Shown: positions 11,169 to 24,217, counted from the first letter of the whole stretch. The stretch is 62,839 nucleotides of DNA, filler included, from Rhabdomonas costata (GCA_019059605.1; 47 parts of 47 records of this genome joined end to end with filler, not necessarily neighbours in it); one strand, 5' to 3'. Numbers and translations: made by a program. Notes: generated by a model from the sequence alone, not told the origin.

Positions 11169-11855
11169 GGGGAGTACGACGTGTTCGGGCTCACCGTGCT
11201 ACATGCCGAGCAGTTGCAACTTTCCTGTCGGCCGGGGTATGCAGCAGTGTGAGTGTGCCCCCAGGGTTTCTTTTGCTTCTTCTCTAAGCGCTGACGACCA
11301 GCTCAGTCCTGTGCCGTACACACAGTCGTTGGTTGGCATGGGTTGAGCTACGCTGTCTCTCGCTTTTTCAAAGACTTACCCGAGACCTTACAGGAAGCAG
11401 AGTTACCTCCTTTGCTGACTGGGTTATATGCCGCCTTGGGTCTGTATGCTAGATTTAGGTGTAGCTTTGCTACGGCACACCAAAAAAGGCGATGATAAAC
11501 GCACGTCAGTCCAATGCTCACCAGATTTATGGCTGCGCCCCCCAATACACATGCACACACCATCCCCAACGTCAGCTGTGAACCACAGAACAGTGCTGTG
11601 AATTGAACTGCAATGAATATCTCTCGAGACAGTGGTAAGCATTTCGCGGTTAGCCTGACACCATGTTCTGTGATGTCATTGGGACCATCTCCACAGCTGT
11701 TCCTACAGCGGCGGGAGCACGAAGGTCGACTGGGAAACGGCTCTGTCGATCCAGATGAAAAACTTATCTTTGCACGGGGCATATTTGGCGCGTTCCACAT
11801 GAACGAACATGGATTGCACCGCACCTCTGACAACGACAACTGCGATCAAGGATAG
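11169..11855 (+). CDS. Last two exons of an unknown protein (about 11169-11237 and 11697-11855)
   Basis: Phase-0 GT-AG join: GEYDVFGLTVLHAEQLQLFLSAG|LFLQRREHEGRLGNGSVDPDEKLIFARGIFGAFHMNEHG...stop. Confidence 0.45.
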
Positions 11856-12285
11856 AGGTGCCAGCGAGAACACAAAAGGTGGTGGTTTTCTTCATAGCAA
11901 ATGCACCTGCGGAGTCTCGAGAGGCGGATCTAGTATTCACATTAAATGCGCAAACACAAANNNNNNNNNNNNNNNNNNNNNNNNNNNNNNNNNNNNNNNN
12001 NNNNTTAATTAATTAANNNNNNNNNNNNNNNNNNNNNNNNNNNNNNNNNNNNNNNNNNNNGGGATGGGTGTGAAGAAGTGATGATCGGTGGCACACACGC
12101 TTCTTTTTTTTTTGGCACCGATGTGGAATGAGGCATTGCTAATGCGCGGAGAAAACGTGCAAAAAAAAAGAAGCGTGTGTGCCACCGATCATCACTTCTT
12201 CACAGCCGGCCCTCGTCGTGGGCAGACAAGGAGAAAAGCGCTGCAGCTTAACAGACGCATTGGAAAAAGCAGAAAATGCTGGCAC

Positions 12286-13264
12286 CTGCAGCACAGAGAG
12301 GATCTCTGTGTACACCTCGGGGAGAATGTGGTTCATCGACGCAATCCCTTGGCCAAGCTTAATATACAGCCCACCTGACATCAAGGATGAAGCGCGAGCA
12401 AAAACTCACTGGCCATTTTACAAACACACCTCTTCATGCAATCATTTCCCCTCCCTTCCCATGTAACGTCGATTACGATGCCTGGGCAGTTCCTTCCGGC
12501 CCCTGCCACAATTTTGTTTGCCACCCATTTGATTTCACGGGGAAAGGGAGCTATGCTTTTTCGTTCTGGCTTCAAAAAACAAGCTCTCGAAGTTATCTGA
12601 CGAAGCTAAGGATTCCACGAACCAGCTCATTTCTCAGCTTCAACTTCACCTCCTCAGTTTTCCCCTCTGAAACCATGGACACAAGTGCACCCATGGACAG
12701 TGTTGGCGTTCGGACCTCACCCCCACCCTCCGTTGTATGTCTGACCTCAAGGTCAAAAAGCGCAGACCAGGGACCAGGGATAAGCCGAAGCAGGCATGGG
12801 GTCTTTTGCAAATGCAACAGGCCTGACGAAACTCCGCGTGACCGGTCCCTGGAATCAGGAGTTTCCCGACCTTTCACCCTCGACCAGTTGAGGTGCCCCT
12901 TGGCGGCTGTTTCGTATATACCTGTTGCCCAGCTTCTTGCGACAAGCAGCGGAGGATTCACGACAGCTCCCATAACGTCTGTTCTTTAGATTGGGCAGAG
13001 GGAGACATGCAAACCGTTGCTCTGGCACACGTGAAGGAGGTTCGTGGCAGTCTGGCGGTGCACTTCCTGCAGGGCCGCAGGGGTGTCTTCGCAGAACTTG
13101 TACGCCAGGGTGATCTGCGCGGCCAAGGCGACGGCACGGGCGTTGCGGCTGAGGCTCTGGTCCAGGAGGTAGTCCACCAAGGCGACGCAGCCAAGGGCTG
13201 CCGCGCTGGACACGCCCAGCCGCCCCAGACGAGACTGCAGCCCCAGGCGAGACCGCCAAGCCAT
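12286..13264 (-). CDS. ABC1/aarF (ADCK1/5-like) atypical kinase, first two exons (13264-13015, 12374-12286)
   Basis: Splicing gives VHRQTATNLLHVCQSNG|GLYIKLGQGIASMNHILPEVYTEILSVLQ, containing the KxGQ motif. The Arg/Ser/Leu-rich N-terminus resembles a mitochondrial presequence. Confidence 0.92.
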
Positions 13265-13439
13265 CTTCTTTTTCCGAGGGAAACAAGGAAACCCACCAAC
13301 NNNNNNNNNNNNNNNNNNNNNNNNNNNNNNNNNNNNNNNNNNNNTTAATTAATTAANNNNNNNNNNNNNNNNNNNNNNNNNNNNNNNNNNNNNNNNNNNN
13401 TGCAAGCGAGCACCCAGTGGGGAACCCCCCGCAGAGGAG

Positions 13440-14141
13440 ATGCAGAGTGAGGAACGTGAGACGGGAAGGCTAATCCGCGGTGAGCCAGACATGGGAGCAA
13501 TGGTAGAATCAGAAAGAGACGCCAGGCTCGTGTTGCTTGACTCGTGGAGAGGAGAAGTCACAGAACTAAAGCTGTGTCAGAATGCGATCACACAAAGTGT
13601 TATGGAATGGAGGAATGCGGAAGCGCGGCAGCAGGAGAGGCGTAAACTTCAGCGAATGGAAGAAGCACTGGAGAAGTCCTTCTATGAAGCACTGGGAGTG
13701 AATGATAAGGCCTCAGCGATAAGGGCAGCTTATAGGCGCCTGGCGCTGGAATGCCACCCGGACAAATTCCCATCAGAAACCTCGAAGGCAACAGCCCTTT
13801 TTCAGATGCTCCGTAAGGCGCAAGAATCTCTGCTGGATCCGAAAGCCCGGCGGGCGTATAACGTGAGCCTGGGAGTGGGGCGTGGAGGGGAACAACCGGG
13901 GCATTCCGCTGAGGAGCCCGTACGTCCGGAACCCACCGGAATGTGTGGTGTGTTCAAGGTGGTCTCGCTGGCCAAGCGGTATATAACAGATCCCCAAATG
14001 ATAAGACAAGAGGACGCACGGGTGCGAGGAGCGCGTGGAGACTTGAACATCTTCTCGAGCCCGAACCGCCCAGGGGCATGCTGGATTATAACACCGGGTC
14101 TGCGAGTTGAGAAGCACAATACCTGGGATGTCAGTTGGTGA
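13440..14141 (+). CDS. J-domain-containing ORF, probably degenerate (downstream frameshifts)
   Basis: SFYEALGV...IRAAYRRLALECHPDK...FQMLRKAQESLLDPKARRAYN, with HPD at 13755-13763. Intronless and purine-rich. Confidence 0.8.
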   Translation: MQSEERETGRLIRGEPDMGAMVESERDARLVLLDSWRGEVTELKLCQNAITQSVMEWRNAEARQQERRKLQRMEEALEKSFYEALGVNDKASAIRAAYRRLALECHPDKFPSETSKATALFQMLRKAQESLLDPKARRAYNVSLGVGRGGEQPGHSAEEPVRPEPTGMCGVFKVVSLAKRYITDPQMIRQEDARVRGARGDLNIFSSPNRPGACWIITPGLRVEKHNTWDVSW

Positions 14142-15253
14142 CTGAGCAAGGAAAAGCTTGGGAAGTCGAGGTAGCACATGTGGATGGGCACTCCACAGCG
14201 GTGGAACTGACTCCAGGTTTGAGATTGTTCGCTTCTCAATGGGAAGCGGTTGCGGTCCGGAACATGGTGCAGGAAAAAATGTATAAAAAAAGAGGGCCTT
14301 ACCCTCCAAACAAAAAAACGTCGACAAGATCTTCAACGAGGACGTGGATGAGATGGCCCTGGAGGAAGCGAAGCAGTGAGAGAGACAAAGAGATAGAACA
14401 GAAGGAGAATTGCAAAGAGCCCACTGGAACACCGACGAGGACGGGGACGAGATGGACATGGAGGAAGCGAGAGGGCACAGGGAGAAAGCCAGAGAGTCCA
14501 GACAGTCACCATCGAAGATGAGGACGAGATGGCCCATGGAGGATGGAGGCAGAGAAGGAGAGCAGAGCAGAGGGGAAACTACAAAGAGCCCAGCGGATCA
14601 CCAGCAAGGGCAAGAATGAGATGGCCCTGGAGTGAGCAGANNNNNNNNNNNNNNNNNNNNNNNNNNNNNNNNNNNNNNNNNNNNTTAATTAATTAANNNN
14701 NNNNNNNNNNNNNNNNNNNNNNNNNNNNNNNNNNNNNNNNGTTGTTGGGGGCCAGCAACGGGGTGGTCACTGTGCTGGATGTTCTGGAAGCCAATCTCAC
14801 CCAGGAAACCGCCGAGGTTGGAGTCAAGACCATGGCCGTGCTCTCTGCGGACCGTATGAACACACCACCTGCACATGTCCGTTTCTAGCGCTACAAATGC
14901 TTCACCGCTAGGGTTGGTTGCCCGTCCATGGCCGACGTTTGCTTGGTCCTGGTCGTCGTGGTCCTGCCTTTCGTCGTTTGCATGCTCAAAACCTAAACAG
15001 CAAGCAACAAAGTCACATTCACTTGCCCACTGTGTGAGGCTCTCTGCTCTTTGCTCTCCACACAAGTCGCTCTAGAAACACACTCTCTCATATTCTCACT
15101 TGTATCTGTTAAAATCGTCGACCTGTCCTTGTCGTTTCGCTTTGGTGGCTGCGAAAGAATTTGCTTCTCGTACGTCGACCCCCACGGGTACCGTGAAAAC
15201 GGTCGCTCAGCCACGCGCACCGGCTCATCCGCCCCTTGCACACCTCTCTCCAG

Positions 15254-15576
15254 CTGCCAACATGGCCCTGCTCGGCAACGAAGGGGGTGTGGACATTGTG
15301 ATGAACTTCCTGCGGCAGTACCCTGGTCTCCCCGCCGTGGCCGCGGACTCTCTGGGGTGCCTGGCCAGCCTTAGCCAGGCCGAGGAGATCCGCCAGATCC
15401 TCGAGGAGGACGGCGGTATGGAAACCGTGGTGGAGCATACCTTCGCCCCTCTGGGCGGAAGCGGCGGCGCAGACCCCCTGCCTCAGGCCCTGCTGAACGG
15501 GCTTCGGGCGCTCCTGAACTTCTGCGTCAGCGAGGCTCTCCGGGTGTCGGCATGCCGGGCAGGCGTGTTACGTTGG
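15254..15576 (+). CDS. Armadillo-repeat protein exon
   Basis: NMALLGNEGGVDIVMNFL...LGCLASLS...ILEEDGGMETVV...LRALLNFC...RAGVL follows ARM repeat spacing, with cag and gt boundaries. Confidence 0.75.
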
Positions 15577-16084
15577 GTACGGGGCGGAGATCGGCGCGCA
15601 ACGGAACAGGCTGAATCATTCTTCCGATGACTTAGAAGCCGAGGCTTATCTACTCGTATGCAGTCTGCCCCCATGTCGCATGTGTCAAAGCACACGACAA
15701 ACGCATATTTAGGACCGCTAAAGCCCATCGGGTCGGCCCGCTGAGGAGCCGTGATCCATGACAGCTGGCTTTTTTCCAGCATCCCTTTTCGTCTCGTTCG
15801 TCTACCTCACCTGTTTTTATCACTGCGTTTTTTGTGAGCTTTTCCCTTTGTCGGCAGCAAGCGCTCTCTATCCCCCCCCTCTCTCTCTCTCTTTCTCTTT
15901 CTCTTTTGTGTTCCATTACACCTGGGTTCTTTCCCCTTTTTCTCGCTTGAGTGTCCCTTCGACATTTTGAAAAAAACACNNNNNNNNNNNNNNNNNNNNN
16001 NNNNNNNNNNNNNNNNNNNNNNNTTAATTAATTAANNNNNNNNNNNNNNNNNNNNNNNNNNNNNNNNNNNNNNNNNNNNGTTTT

Positions 16085-16273
16085 TTGGTGCACCACCTCT
16101 CGAACACCAGCCTGGACGGCGGGGTAACTCATGGGGGGATGCCCATGGGCACGCATTTTGACGGGATCCGCCAGTGCGTGGAGCAGGCCGCGCAGCAGCC
16201 TGGGGTGGAGCTCACCCTTTGCAATGACGTCGTGGTTAATAAGACTGGAGTCCTTACGCGAATCGTGGAGTAG
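16085..16273 (+). CDS. 3' end of an unknown protein
   Basis: GC3-rich open frame from the contig start to TAG (…THFDGIRQCVEQAAQQPGVELTLCNDVVVNKTGVLTRIVE). Confidence 0.5.
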   Translation: MVHHLSNTSLDGGVTHGGMPMGTHFDGIRQCVEQAAQQPGVELTLCNDVVVNKTGVLTRIVE

Positions 16274-17774
16274 CCTGAGCGGCGGCATGAGTTTTGCTTT
16301 CATTGCGGCCCCCTGCATGGGGTTTGGTGTTGGAAACTCCAGAGCAGGGATCAGCGTGACGTCCCAGGAGGGTTACAGAACCCGTAAGGAAAATGCTTCT
16401 GGTCGCTTAATCCACTAGCTACTCACTGATAGGGATCGGGGTTGGAAAAAAGATCAAATTTCTTTTCAAAAAGGTGCTTTCTTTTTCTTAATACGGTTTA
16501 CCTGGCAGAAACTAGAGGGCGGCATTTGCAGCCTTCCTAACCACCATATAGGGTTGCAGCACAACCCTCCCAACTACGGAACCGCTCACCTGCTCACATC
16601 GGCGGAAGTCACCGCTTCCCAGTGATACACAGTCATAGCCTCTCAAGGGATTTTGTCTAGGCTACGATGCTACAAAGGTGTCGAGTGCGGAGTGTGACAC
16701 AACGCAGTAAAATGTAGCACAAAGTTTTGTCATGGGAGCCACCCAAACATCATCCAACCTCATAAATCCCATGCGATACGATACGATGTAACATCGTTAT
16801 ACCATTTGGAACCCCCCCCAAAAAAAAAGGGTTGTGGGGCGCCAAGGGGCACCACCACCGGCCAAGGGTGAAAGTTCAGTGTTTCGGGATACAAAAGACC
16901 CTAGGCCGCTTCGGCTTAGCCCTCTTTGTGTGGCAGGAAGGTTGAAAAGTTTACTCTCACTGTTGGCTTTAGAAAAGTAACTCTCCCCTCCCGAAGTACA
17001 TTGGTTGCTAGACACTTCAGCCCCAATACGCTTCCCTTGAACCTATCATTTTCCCACGCTTATAAATTAACCCGATAACAAATTCACCGCTTTCTCTGTA
17101 CGTTTTCACAGCTTTTTCTTTCTCATTTACTGTCGCCACTTCTCAGTCTACACCAAGAGCAGCCTTCACACTGCCCCTTCTGGACACGCCTCCCAAAATT
17201 AGGCACACCACTCCTGAAGGGAGGAACAAGCGAAATGATGGCCCGAAGTGGATGGAATCCAACGAAGGACGGAAGTGGATATCCACACTTGCACACCAAC
17301 CCCAAACACACCCACCACNNNNNNNNNNNNNNNNNNNNNNNNNNNNNNNNNNNNNNNNNNNNTTAATTAATTAANNNNNNNNNNNNNNNNNNNNNNNNNN
17401 NNNNNNNNNNNNNNNNNNTGTTTGTGGTAACCTTTTTCCCATCTCCGGGCGCCAGCTGAGAAGATACGAATGACTCATTGGAACCTCACCAGAAATTTCT
17501 TGAAGTGTCGGCGCTTGTGCATTTATGCCCCATCCCCTGTCAAGTGCATGCCGAAATGTCACTTAGGGTGGTGGTTCCAATCAAACGCGCGCGCAAGACC
17601 TCGTCGGTCAAAGGAAGAAGTCATCTTGACTCCGCCGATCTTATTTGCCGGTGCTTCCTTGTTGCGTGCTTTGCTAGTTAGCACCACGCGCTGTGCGCTT
17701 CATTGAGCGTCGATTTCAAAATGCTAAGAAGACCTGGATTCCACCACGACGACGAGGGTGGGCTCAGAATTGTT

Positions 17775-17854
17775 TTCGATGAGCAAATTATTGCTTCGCT
17801 GCCATTTGTTGGAAATTTCGATGAGCAAATTACTGCTTGCCATTTGTTGGAAAT
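17775..17854. repeat. Tandem duplication of about 40 bp
   Basis: TTCGATGAGCAAATTA(T/C)TGCTT..GCCATTTGTTGGAAAT occurs twice head-to-tail. Confidence 0.85.
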
Positions 17855-18430
17855 AAGTCGGCAATGATGTGGTTTTTCTCCTTTAGGTGTCACAAGGTAT
17901 CCTCCATAAACCTCAATAAGTCGGGGGGGGGGGGCTGAGGAGGGCAACTGCAGGATTAACACCCGATTTGCCAGAATTTCTTCTAACCAGTACCCAACCC
18001 TCCCCAACCCCAAATAATATCAAGAAATATCCTTTGCTTCAAAAAATGAAAAGAATTCGATTTAAAAAATCCTTCGAAAAGTTCGATTTGTCAGCCTTTT
18101 GCCATCTACGTTTTTTCCCTTGCCGTTTCTTGTAAAAAAAATATATATAGTTTTGGTGCGGACCCTGCACTGCAAAATCTTTTCCGGCCCACTGCTATGC
18201 TTGTTCAGTTTTAAAATGATTCGATTTTCTCAAAAGAAGAATTCAAAAGTGAGTTGGCGCATGAGTTGGACCCGTTGGCACCCCCCCCCCCGGCTGAATT
18301 CTTGGATGGACTGAATTGTTGTACAATTTGGAAACTACCCAGTAAACCACCCAGAACCACGACAGATGCCATGATCGGACGATTAAGAACCCAATCGATA
18401 TATCTATAGGATCCTAGTCGATCAACATAG

Positions 18431-18578
18431 CCATAGGAAACCGTCCAGAACCATGTGGAAAACCATTGGAAACCACCCAAAACCACCTGGAAACTATAGG
18501 AACCATCCAGAACCACGCGGAAACCTAGTAAACCAACCAGAAACTTGTGGAAACCATAGGAAACCATCCAGAACCACG
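18431..18578. repeat. Degenerate minisatellite, unit of about 31 bp, about 5 copies
   Basis: Consensus CCATAGGAAACCATCCAGAACCACGTGGAAA, built from 10-11-bp sub-repeats. Confidence 0.8.
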
Positions 18579-20467
18579 CCTCTTTTCGCTCATGGCTATG
18601 TGTGCCTTCTTGGAGCCGGGTTGGCATCACCGCCGACCTGGGCAATCACACCCCACCNNNNNNNNNNNNNNNNNNNNNNNNNNNNNNNNNNNNNNNNNNN
18701 NTTAATTAATTAANNNNNNNNNNNNNNNNNNNNNNNNNNNNNNNNNNNNNNNNNNNNGGGTGGTTGTACTCTTTTGAGCTGAGCACACTGGCGCCGAGAG
18801 ATGGTATCTTCATAGAGGGTCATTTATGAGACTTTTTGACCTGACCGCATTTCCGACGGGTTGGGGTGCGTGGCATACCCAAGGGTAGAGCGCATCAGTG
18901 TGAGGAAAGAGAGGGTTGGAACTCTTCGGATGGCTTGCTTGAGACCATATAGTGGCCATTATTAGGGCTTCGCCGAGTGTTTTCCGTCTAGCTGGCCTGT
19001 GTGCCAAGAGCCGATTTTTGCGGCAGATGTTTTTGAAGGGGTTGTGTCTGGGTTGACATTTGGGACGTTTCGGATTCCGTTGTTGGATGGGCACAGGCTT
19101 CGCTCCTCTGGGGGTCACTGCTGTTCTTGCGGTGGTGCTGCGGTGGGCCCCTCTACCGCCGCCGTGCCGGCTGGCCGCTCGGCTGGAGCTGCGGCGGCTG
19201 TGCCGCAGCCTCGGCGCTTGCCGGCAGCGCTTCCTTGCCGTTCTACTCCACCATAGACCTCAGGTGGGGTGCCCCTTTACACCTTCCTTGTCTTGCTCCA
19301 CTCTGGTTTTCTGGCAATCACTGGTCAGAATCTTCTAAATTTTTTCCCTGCCGGTCGACCTCCAACCTTTTTTTTGAGGATGGAACTTCACGGTACAGCG
19401 TCACCATTGTTCAGCAAAACGTCCCCGAGCAAACAGCAAACAGCCCACGAGGAACAAGAAAGAGATGAAAATGCCGGAAGGTGGTCCGGGACACGCGTGC
19501 AGAGCTTAGAACTGCGGGAAAACACCCTCCTGGAGGGCAAAGAGTGGTGTAAGAGGGGGATTGCAGCAAATTCTAAAATTCTAGAATACACGCAGGGTTC
19601 CGTTCACTTTCAACCTTTTGGAAACTTGTACGAATTGTCCCACTGGAAGGCAACTGAAAAATAGGGCGACGTGAGAAGTTCCGAAGGTATGGAGGATAAT
19701 AAAGATGTCCCCTGGCGTACACCGCGCACTGCCGATAATGCTTGCACGACCTAAGTCTCCTTCCGCTATGTCCCTGTGATCGATGCGAAATGGAAAATAG
19801 GATCCCCTAGCTCAATCACAATCACCACCTTGCGGTGGAGTAGCTTTTCTCGCAAAGGCGTACGCGCTAGGGAAGCACTTGAAGAAAATGAAGACGGGTG
19901 TGCCGGCGAACAGACAGCCGAACATCGCAGGCAAAATGGATGTGCAGTGGTGCAGCGTGTATGTGTGAAGTGAGAGTCCACATTGCTCCATTCCACNNNN
20001 NNNNNNNNNNNNNNNNNNNNNNNNNNNNNNNNNNNNNNNNTTAATTAATTAANNNNNNNNNNNNNNNNNNNNNNNNNNNNNNNNNNNNNNNNNNNNACAT
20101 ACAAACAAACAAACAAACAAGTAAGCAAACAATTAACAAGAAGGAACGCGATTTACGCCGTTTACACCATGTGCGCCAATTAGAGCCGACTTTTCCACAA
20201 CCTTTTCTATTGGCATTGGAAGTGCGCTGAAACCCCACCCAAATTTTGTAGACGGTGCTATATAGATAGTGCTGGAAGGTGGAAGATGGAGCAGATGACT
20301 AAAAGGCGTTTCGGCATATGCCCCTGTTGCGTTCAAGCAGAAATCTTTTGGTTCCAGATGGCGCTCGATAGGGCTGGTTGGCAAATCCGTTTGCTCTGTG
20401 CAAAGCCCCACCCCCATTCCCTAATTAAGCTGTGTCTATGAAACACAGAGCAACACCACCAGTATAC

Positions 20468-20618
20468 CTGAAAAAGCATGAACACGAGCCATGCAAAGTA
20501 GGCCACCGCAAGACCAAGCACCAGCCTCCAAAATGCAGGATGCGGTCTGAGCATGATTCCGTCCGGGAGGTGCACCACACAGAAGCTCAGAAACCCAATC
20601 AAAGAGAAGCCCAGACCC
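20468..20618 (-). CDS. Base-exchange phosphatidylserine synthase (PTDSS/PSS family) exon
   Basis: GLGFSLIGFLSFCVVHLPDGIMLRPHPAFWRLVLGLAVAYFAWLVFMLFQ contains the RPHPAxWR signature, bounded by ttttcag and gtatac. Confidence 0.92.
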
Positions 20619-23359
20619 CTGAAAATTTCGAGACCATGAAAAAAATTTAAAAGAAAAAACAAACCCCGCAGATGAATTCACTTCACTTCTGAGTCTGGGG
20701 AACCGTGTAACGATGCTTCTTTGAGAAACGCATTCCGATAACCTGGCAGCGCAAAAGAAAACGCGCAAGGAAAAATCCTTCCGCAGGCAACAACAGTTCT
20801 GGGGTGAGTAGCGGATACCATGCCCCTTTACCAAGAGAATGAGAGAGAGAGTCCGCACCAGGAGATATTGCTTCGGCTGTCCGAAACATCCCGAGAAAAG
20901 GCGGCGTACATGATCAGGAAAAGCGCAAGTACACCAACGGTAACTGGAAAAGAAGAGAATGGTGGGTTTTGAGTGTGAACCTCGAGCAGGGTTGCCTTGA
21001 ACTTTGAGTTGAATCGAATTGAGATGACCTAGCTCGAAACGAATTTTGTTTACATCAAACATCACAGCACTGCAGCAACAGGGGTCCGCACGGTTCCAAA
21101 GACAGGATGACCCTGGTGCAACCCTGCTCCAAACAAAGAGAAGATGGAGAGAACCCTCCGTCTGACGAAATCCAACCAAATAGAGGGAAAGTGACAAGAG
21201 AGACCGGTAAGGGGGGCGAACAAGCTCTTTGGGTTCAAATTCATACGATCTTGGCTGAGCATTCATGAACTGTGTTTCCAGAAGAGTGGTTGGGCGGTGT
21301 ACTGACGTGATTTTCGGGGTTGGCCTGTGCTAGACNNNNNNNNNNNNNNNNNNNNNNNNNNNNNNNNNNNNNNNNNNNNTTAATTAATTAANNNNNNNNN
21401 NNNNNNNNNNNNNNNNNNNNNNNNNNNNNNNNNNNTGTGGTTTTTGGCTTTTCATTTGGCGTTGTTTTCCCTTCGATTTCTTTGCAGCTCTTTGACTGGG
21501 AAGGCACCACACACGTTTGAGTGGTTGTGTTCGCGCTGACCGTTGGTGAGCGCCCATCCCCTGCACAACACACGCCCGACCCCCTTCAGCCGACGTTGAA
21601 CGCTCAACGACGCAGAATTCTCCCCGTGCTGTAGGGAACGCGTGCATCCTACCCCAGAGGGTTGACTGGACTGCGCCCCACCCCCCGCTTCCCGCTTCGA
21701 GGAAATGCAGAAGCTGCCGTTGAGGCAGCTTCCGCGGTTCGCTCTGTTCAGGGCGATATCTACTGGGATTGTTCCGTCCGGTAAGCGTGAGCCTTTTCCG
21801 CGCTGCAACAAGAGGTACTCCTGCTCTTTGGGGCCCTCAGCAGCATGCCCTCTGCCTTGCCTCGTGCCAAACATGGAAAATCGGGGCTGTTTTTGACTGC
21901 TCTGAGTACACCTTTGGGAAGTCGAAAGCTTCACATGCTCTGGGTCCTGTCGCCATTAGCAGCGATTGCACTTTGTAGAAGCGATTTCAAGCGTACAGAA
22001 GCAAAAGCAGCCTGTTTGTTGCCCTTGATACTTTGCTTGCTCAGAGTGTGTACAACTGGAACCCAGTCAGAGTGCCACGAGGGGTTAGAACTTGATTTCA
22101 GTGTTGCACACTGGAACCCAAAACCACGACTCCAGGCCTGTGCAGCACAGGTCGGTTCACCTGTGACACCTGTGACAGCGTCCAAAAGCTCTTGGTGATC
22201 GTACAAATGTGCTGTGCTTGAAAATTTCTCCAACGCCTCCGCGGTATTTCCGTGCCCCAGCGCTTTTTGTGACACACGCTTGAGAGAATTGAGGGTGGAA
22301 AAAACGGGGCGCGATATAAAGTGAACAAGAAAGCCGAATAGAGGCTGTGCTCAGGACCACAACGCTGCGGGCTCGTAGTGTTCCACTGGCTGATCTCTTC
22401 TCAACGACCGGTGTGCGAGAGGAGATGATCTTTGATCCAGCTCGCAGAGATTTTTTTTTGAGATCTGCCCCCTCTCTGCCTCCATTTTCTGAACAGCAGT
22501 CCCCCGCCTTGAAAAAACCTTCCTTCCTACGACAGGCCAGCTTAATACAGAGCTTTTTCGTGCTTTTGTTTTCTTCGGGAGTCTATCAGCTGGATAATGT
22601 CATCTCTTTTGCCTGTGTATTTCAGCCGTGTGGGTATTTCACAACAACCGCACACATGTCGTTTGACACAGCTTTNNNNNNNNNNNNNNNNNNNNNNNNN
22701 NNNNNNNNNNNNNNNNNNNTTAATTAATTAANNNNNNNNNNNNNNNNNNNNNNNNNNNNNNNNNNNNNNNNNNNNGGTTGTGGTGGGACAAATCTGTGTG
22801 TGTGTGTGTGTGTGTTTGCATGGCAACGCGGAACGAACCGGTGGGCGTGGTATGTCAAGACGTCGACGTATGGAAAAGACAATGGCGTGTATCAGTCAAA
22901 GGATACGAACCCCGTACTGTGGATCATCAAGGGAGTGTGTCATGAAAGAAAGTTAAAAACAGCGCATTCTACAGTACCCTAAGACTGTGGTTTGGTGGGA
23001 CGACCAAATGTTTCGAAAAGCACAGCGCTGTCTGTCATAAGACACCGCCAAGCTTCAAGTCAACGGGAAACACAAAAAACACTGGAACGTGCAGTACCTA
23101 CAACAAAAAGAAAAGCAGAGCGGGTTGCAGCAGGTCGTAAGACACTTCAGCTGAGCACGGGGGAGGCTGGGCAGAGTGCGGGACGGAGGGGTCCACACGA
23201 GCACATGCCGACGAAAAGAGGCACAGACCATGGCAGATTCGACGGAGGAGAACGTTTAACAAAAAAAGGAGGAGGGAAGTGCCTGACAGTTGTCTGGCGA
23301 AACAAAACAAAACCCTTTGATTGTTTCGGAGGGGTTCTCTAAGACGGAAGGGGCTTCAT

Positions 23360-23488
23360 TCAAAAGGAGCTTCCCAGGAGAGGGTTGGCGGAGCGCCGCA
23401 GCTGCAACTGGGCGGTCAGCGTTCCGAACCCGAAGTCGATGGTGTGCTTCAGCGGGACATTGGCTTCGATCTCCGCGAAGTCGATGGA
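23360..23488 (-). CDS. Terminal exon of an unknown protein
   Basis: ccgcag acceptor followed by SIDFAEIEANVPLKHTIDFGFGTLTAQLQLRRSANPLLGSSF-stop, GC3-rich. Confidence 0.5.
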   Translation of the reverse strand, partial: SIDFAEIEANVPLKHTIDFGFGTLTAQLQLRRSANPLLGSSF

Positions 23489-24217
23489 CTGCGGGGTACA
23501 CCAAAGAACAGCGGGGAAAGAATGCATCAAACGGCTCATACCACAGACATGGGACATGTAGAAATGGCAACAGGGACGGGGAGCTCGAGAACAGAACCCT
23601 CGTTGAGCAAGTGAGGGAAAGACTGGCACAAAGAAAAGGAAAACGTGTGCACTGGTTGCAACCGAGACCACCGCGCGCCATGTCATCATGTCATCCAGCT
23701 CTTTGATTTCAATGCTGGGAACCTATGCCGATCCTCTCGGAGAGCTCACCGATGGCAGAAACGGGTCGTTGCAAACCCAGTTCTGAAGAAGGTTCACGCG
23801 ACTAATTCTGATGGGCATTGTGATCAGCAGTGATCAGTATTTCACGTTTTCGACTCGCACGTAGGCCCCTAGTCGAATCTGGGTGTGTTTTTGTCCCCAC
23901 ACCCAATTGAGCGCTTTGCGGAGAGGCAACTTCTCCACAGACAGCTGCTCCTCTTCTCTCGCCTCCTCCGCTCTTGCACCCCATACTGATTACTATACCC
24001 AACATTCCCAACACCNNNNNNNNNNNNNNNNNNNNNNNNNNNNNNNNNNNNNNNNNNNNTTAATTAATTAANNNNNNNNNNNNNNNNNNNNNNNNNNNNN
24101 NNNNNNNNNNNNNNNGTGGTGGGTGTGTTTGGTTTGGTGGTGCAACTGAGCGTCTGCAATTACGGATATAGACCTTCAAAATGAATCAGTAGAATGGGGA
24201 GGGGGGGGGGCTGACAC

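Noticed and set aside
12069-12204. Inverted repeat with arms of about 45 bp in the ADCK intron
   Set aside because: It abuts the contig start, and mismatches occur only near the inner junction. It is the same fold-back artefact class.
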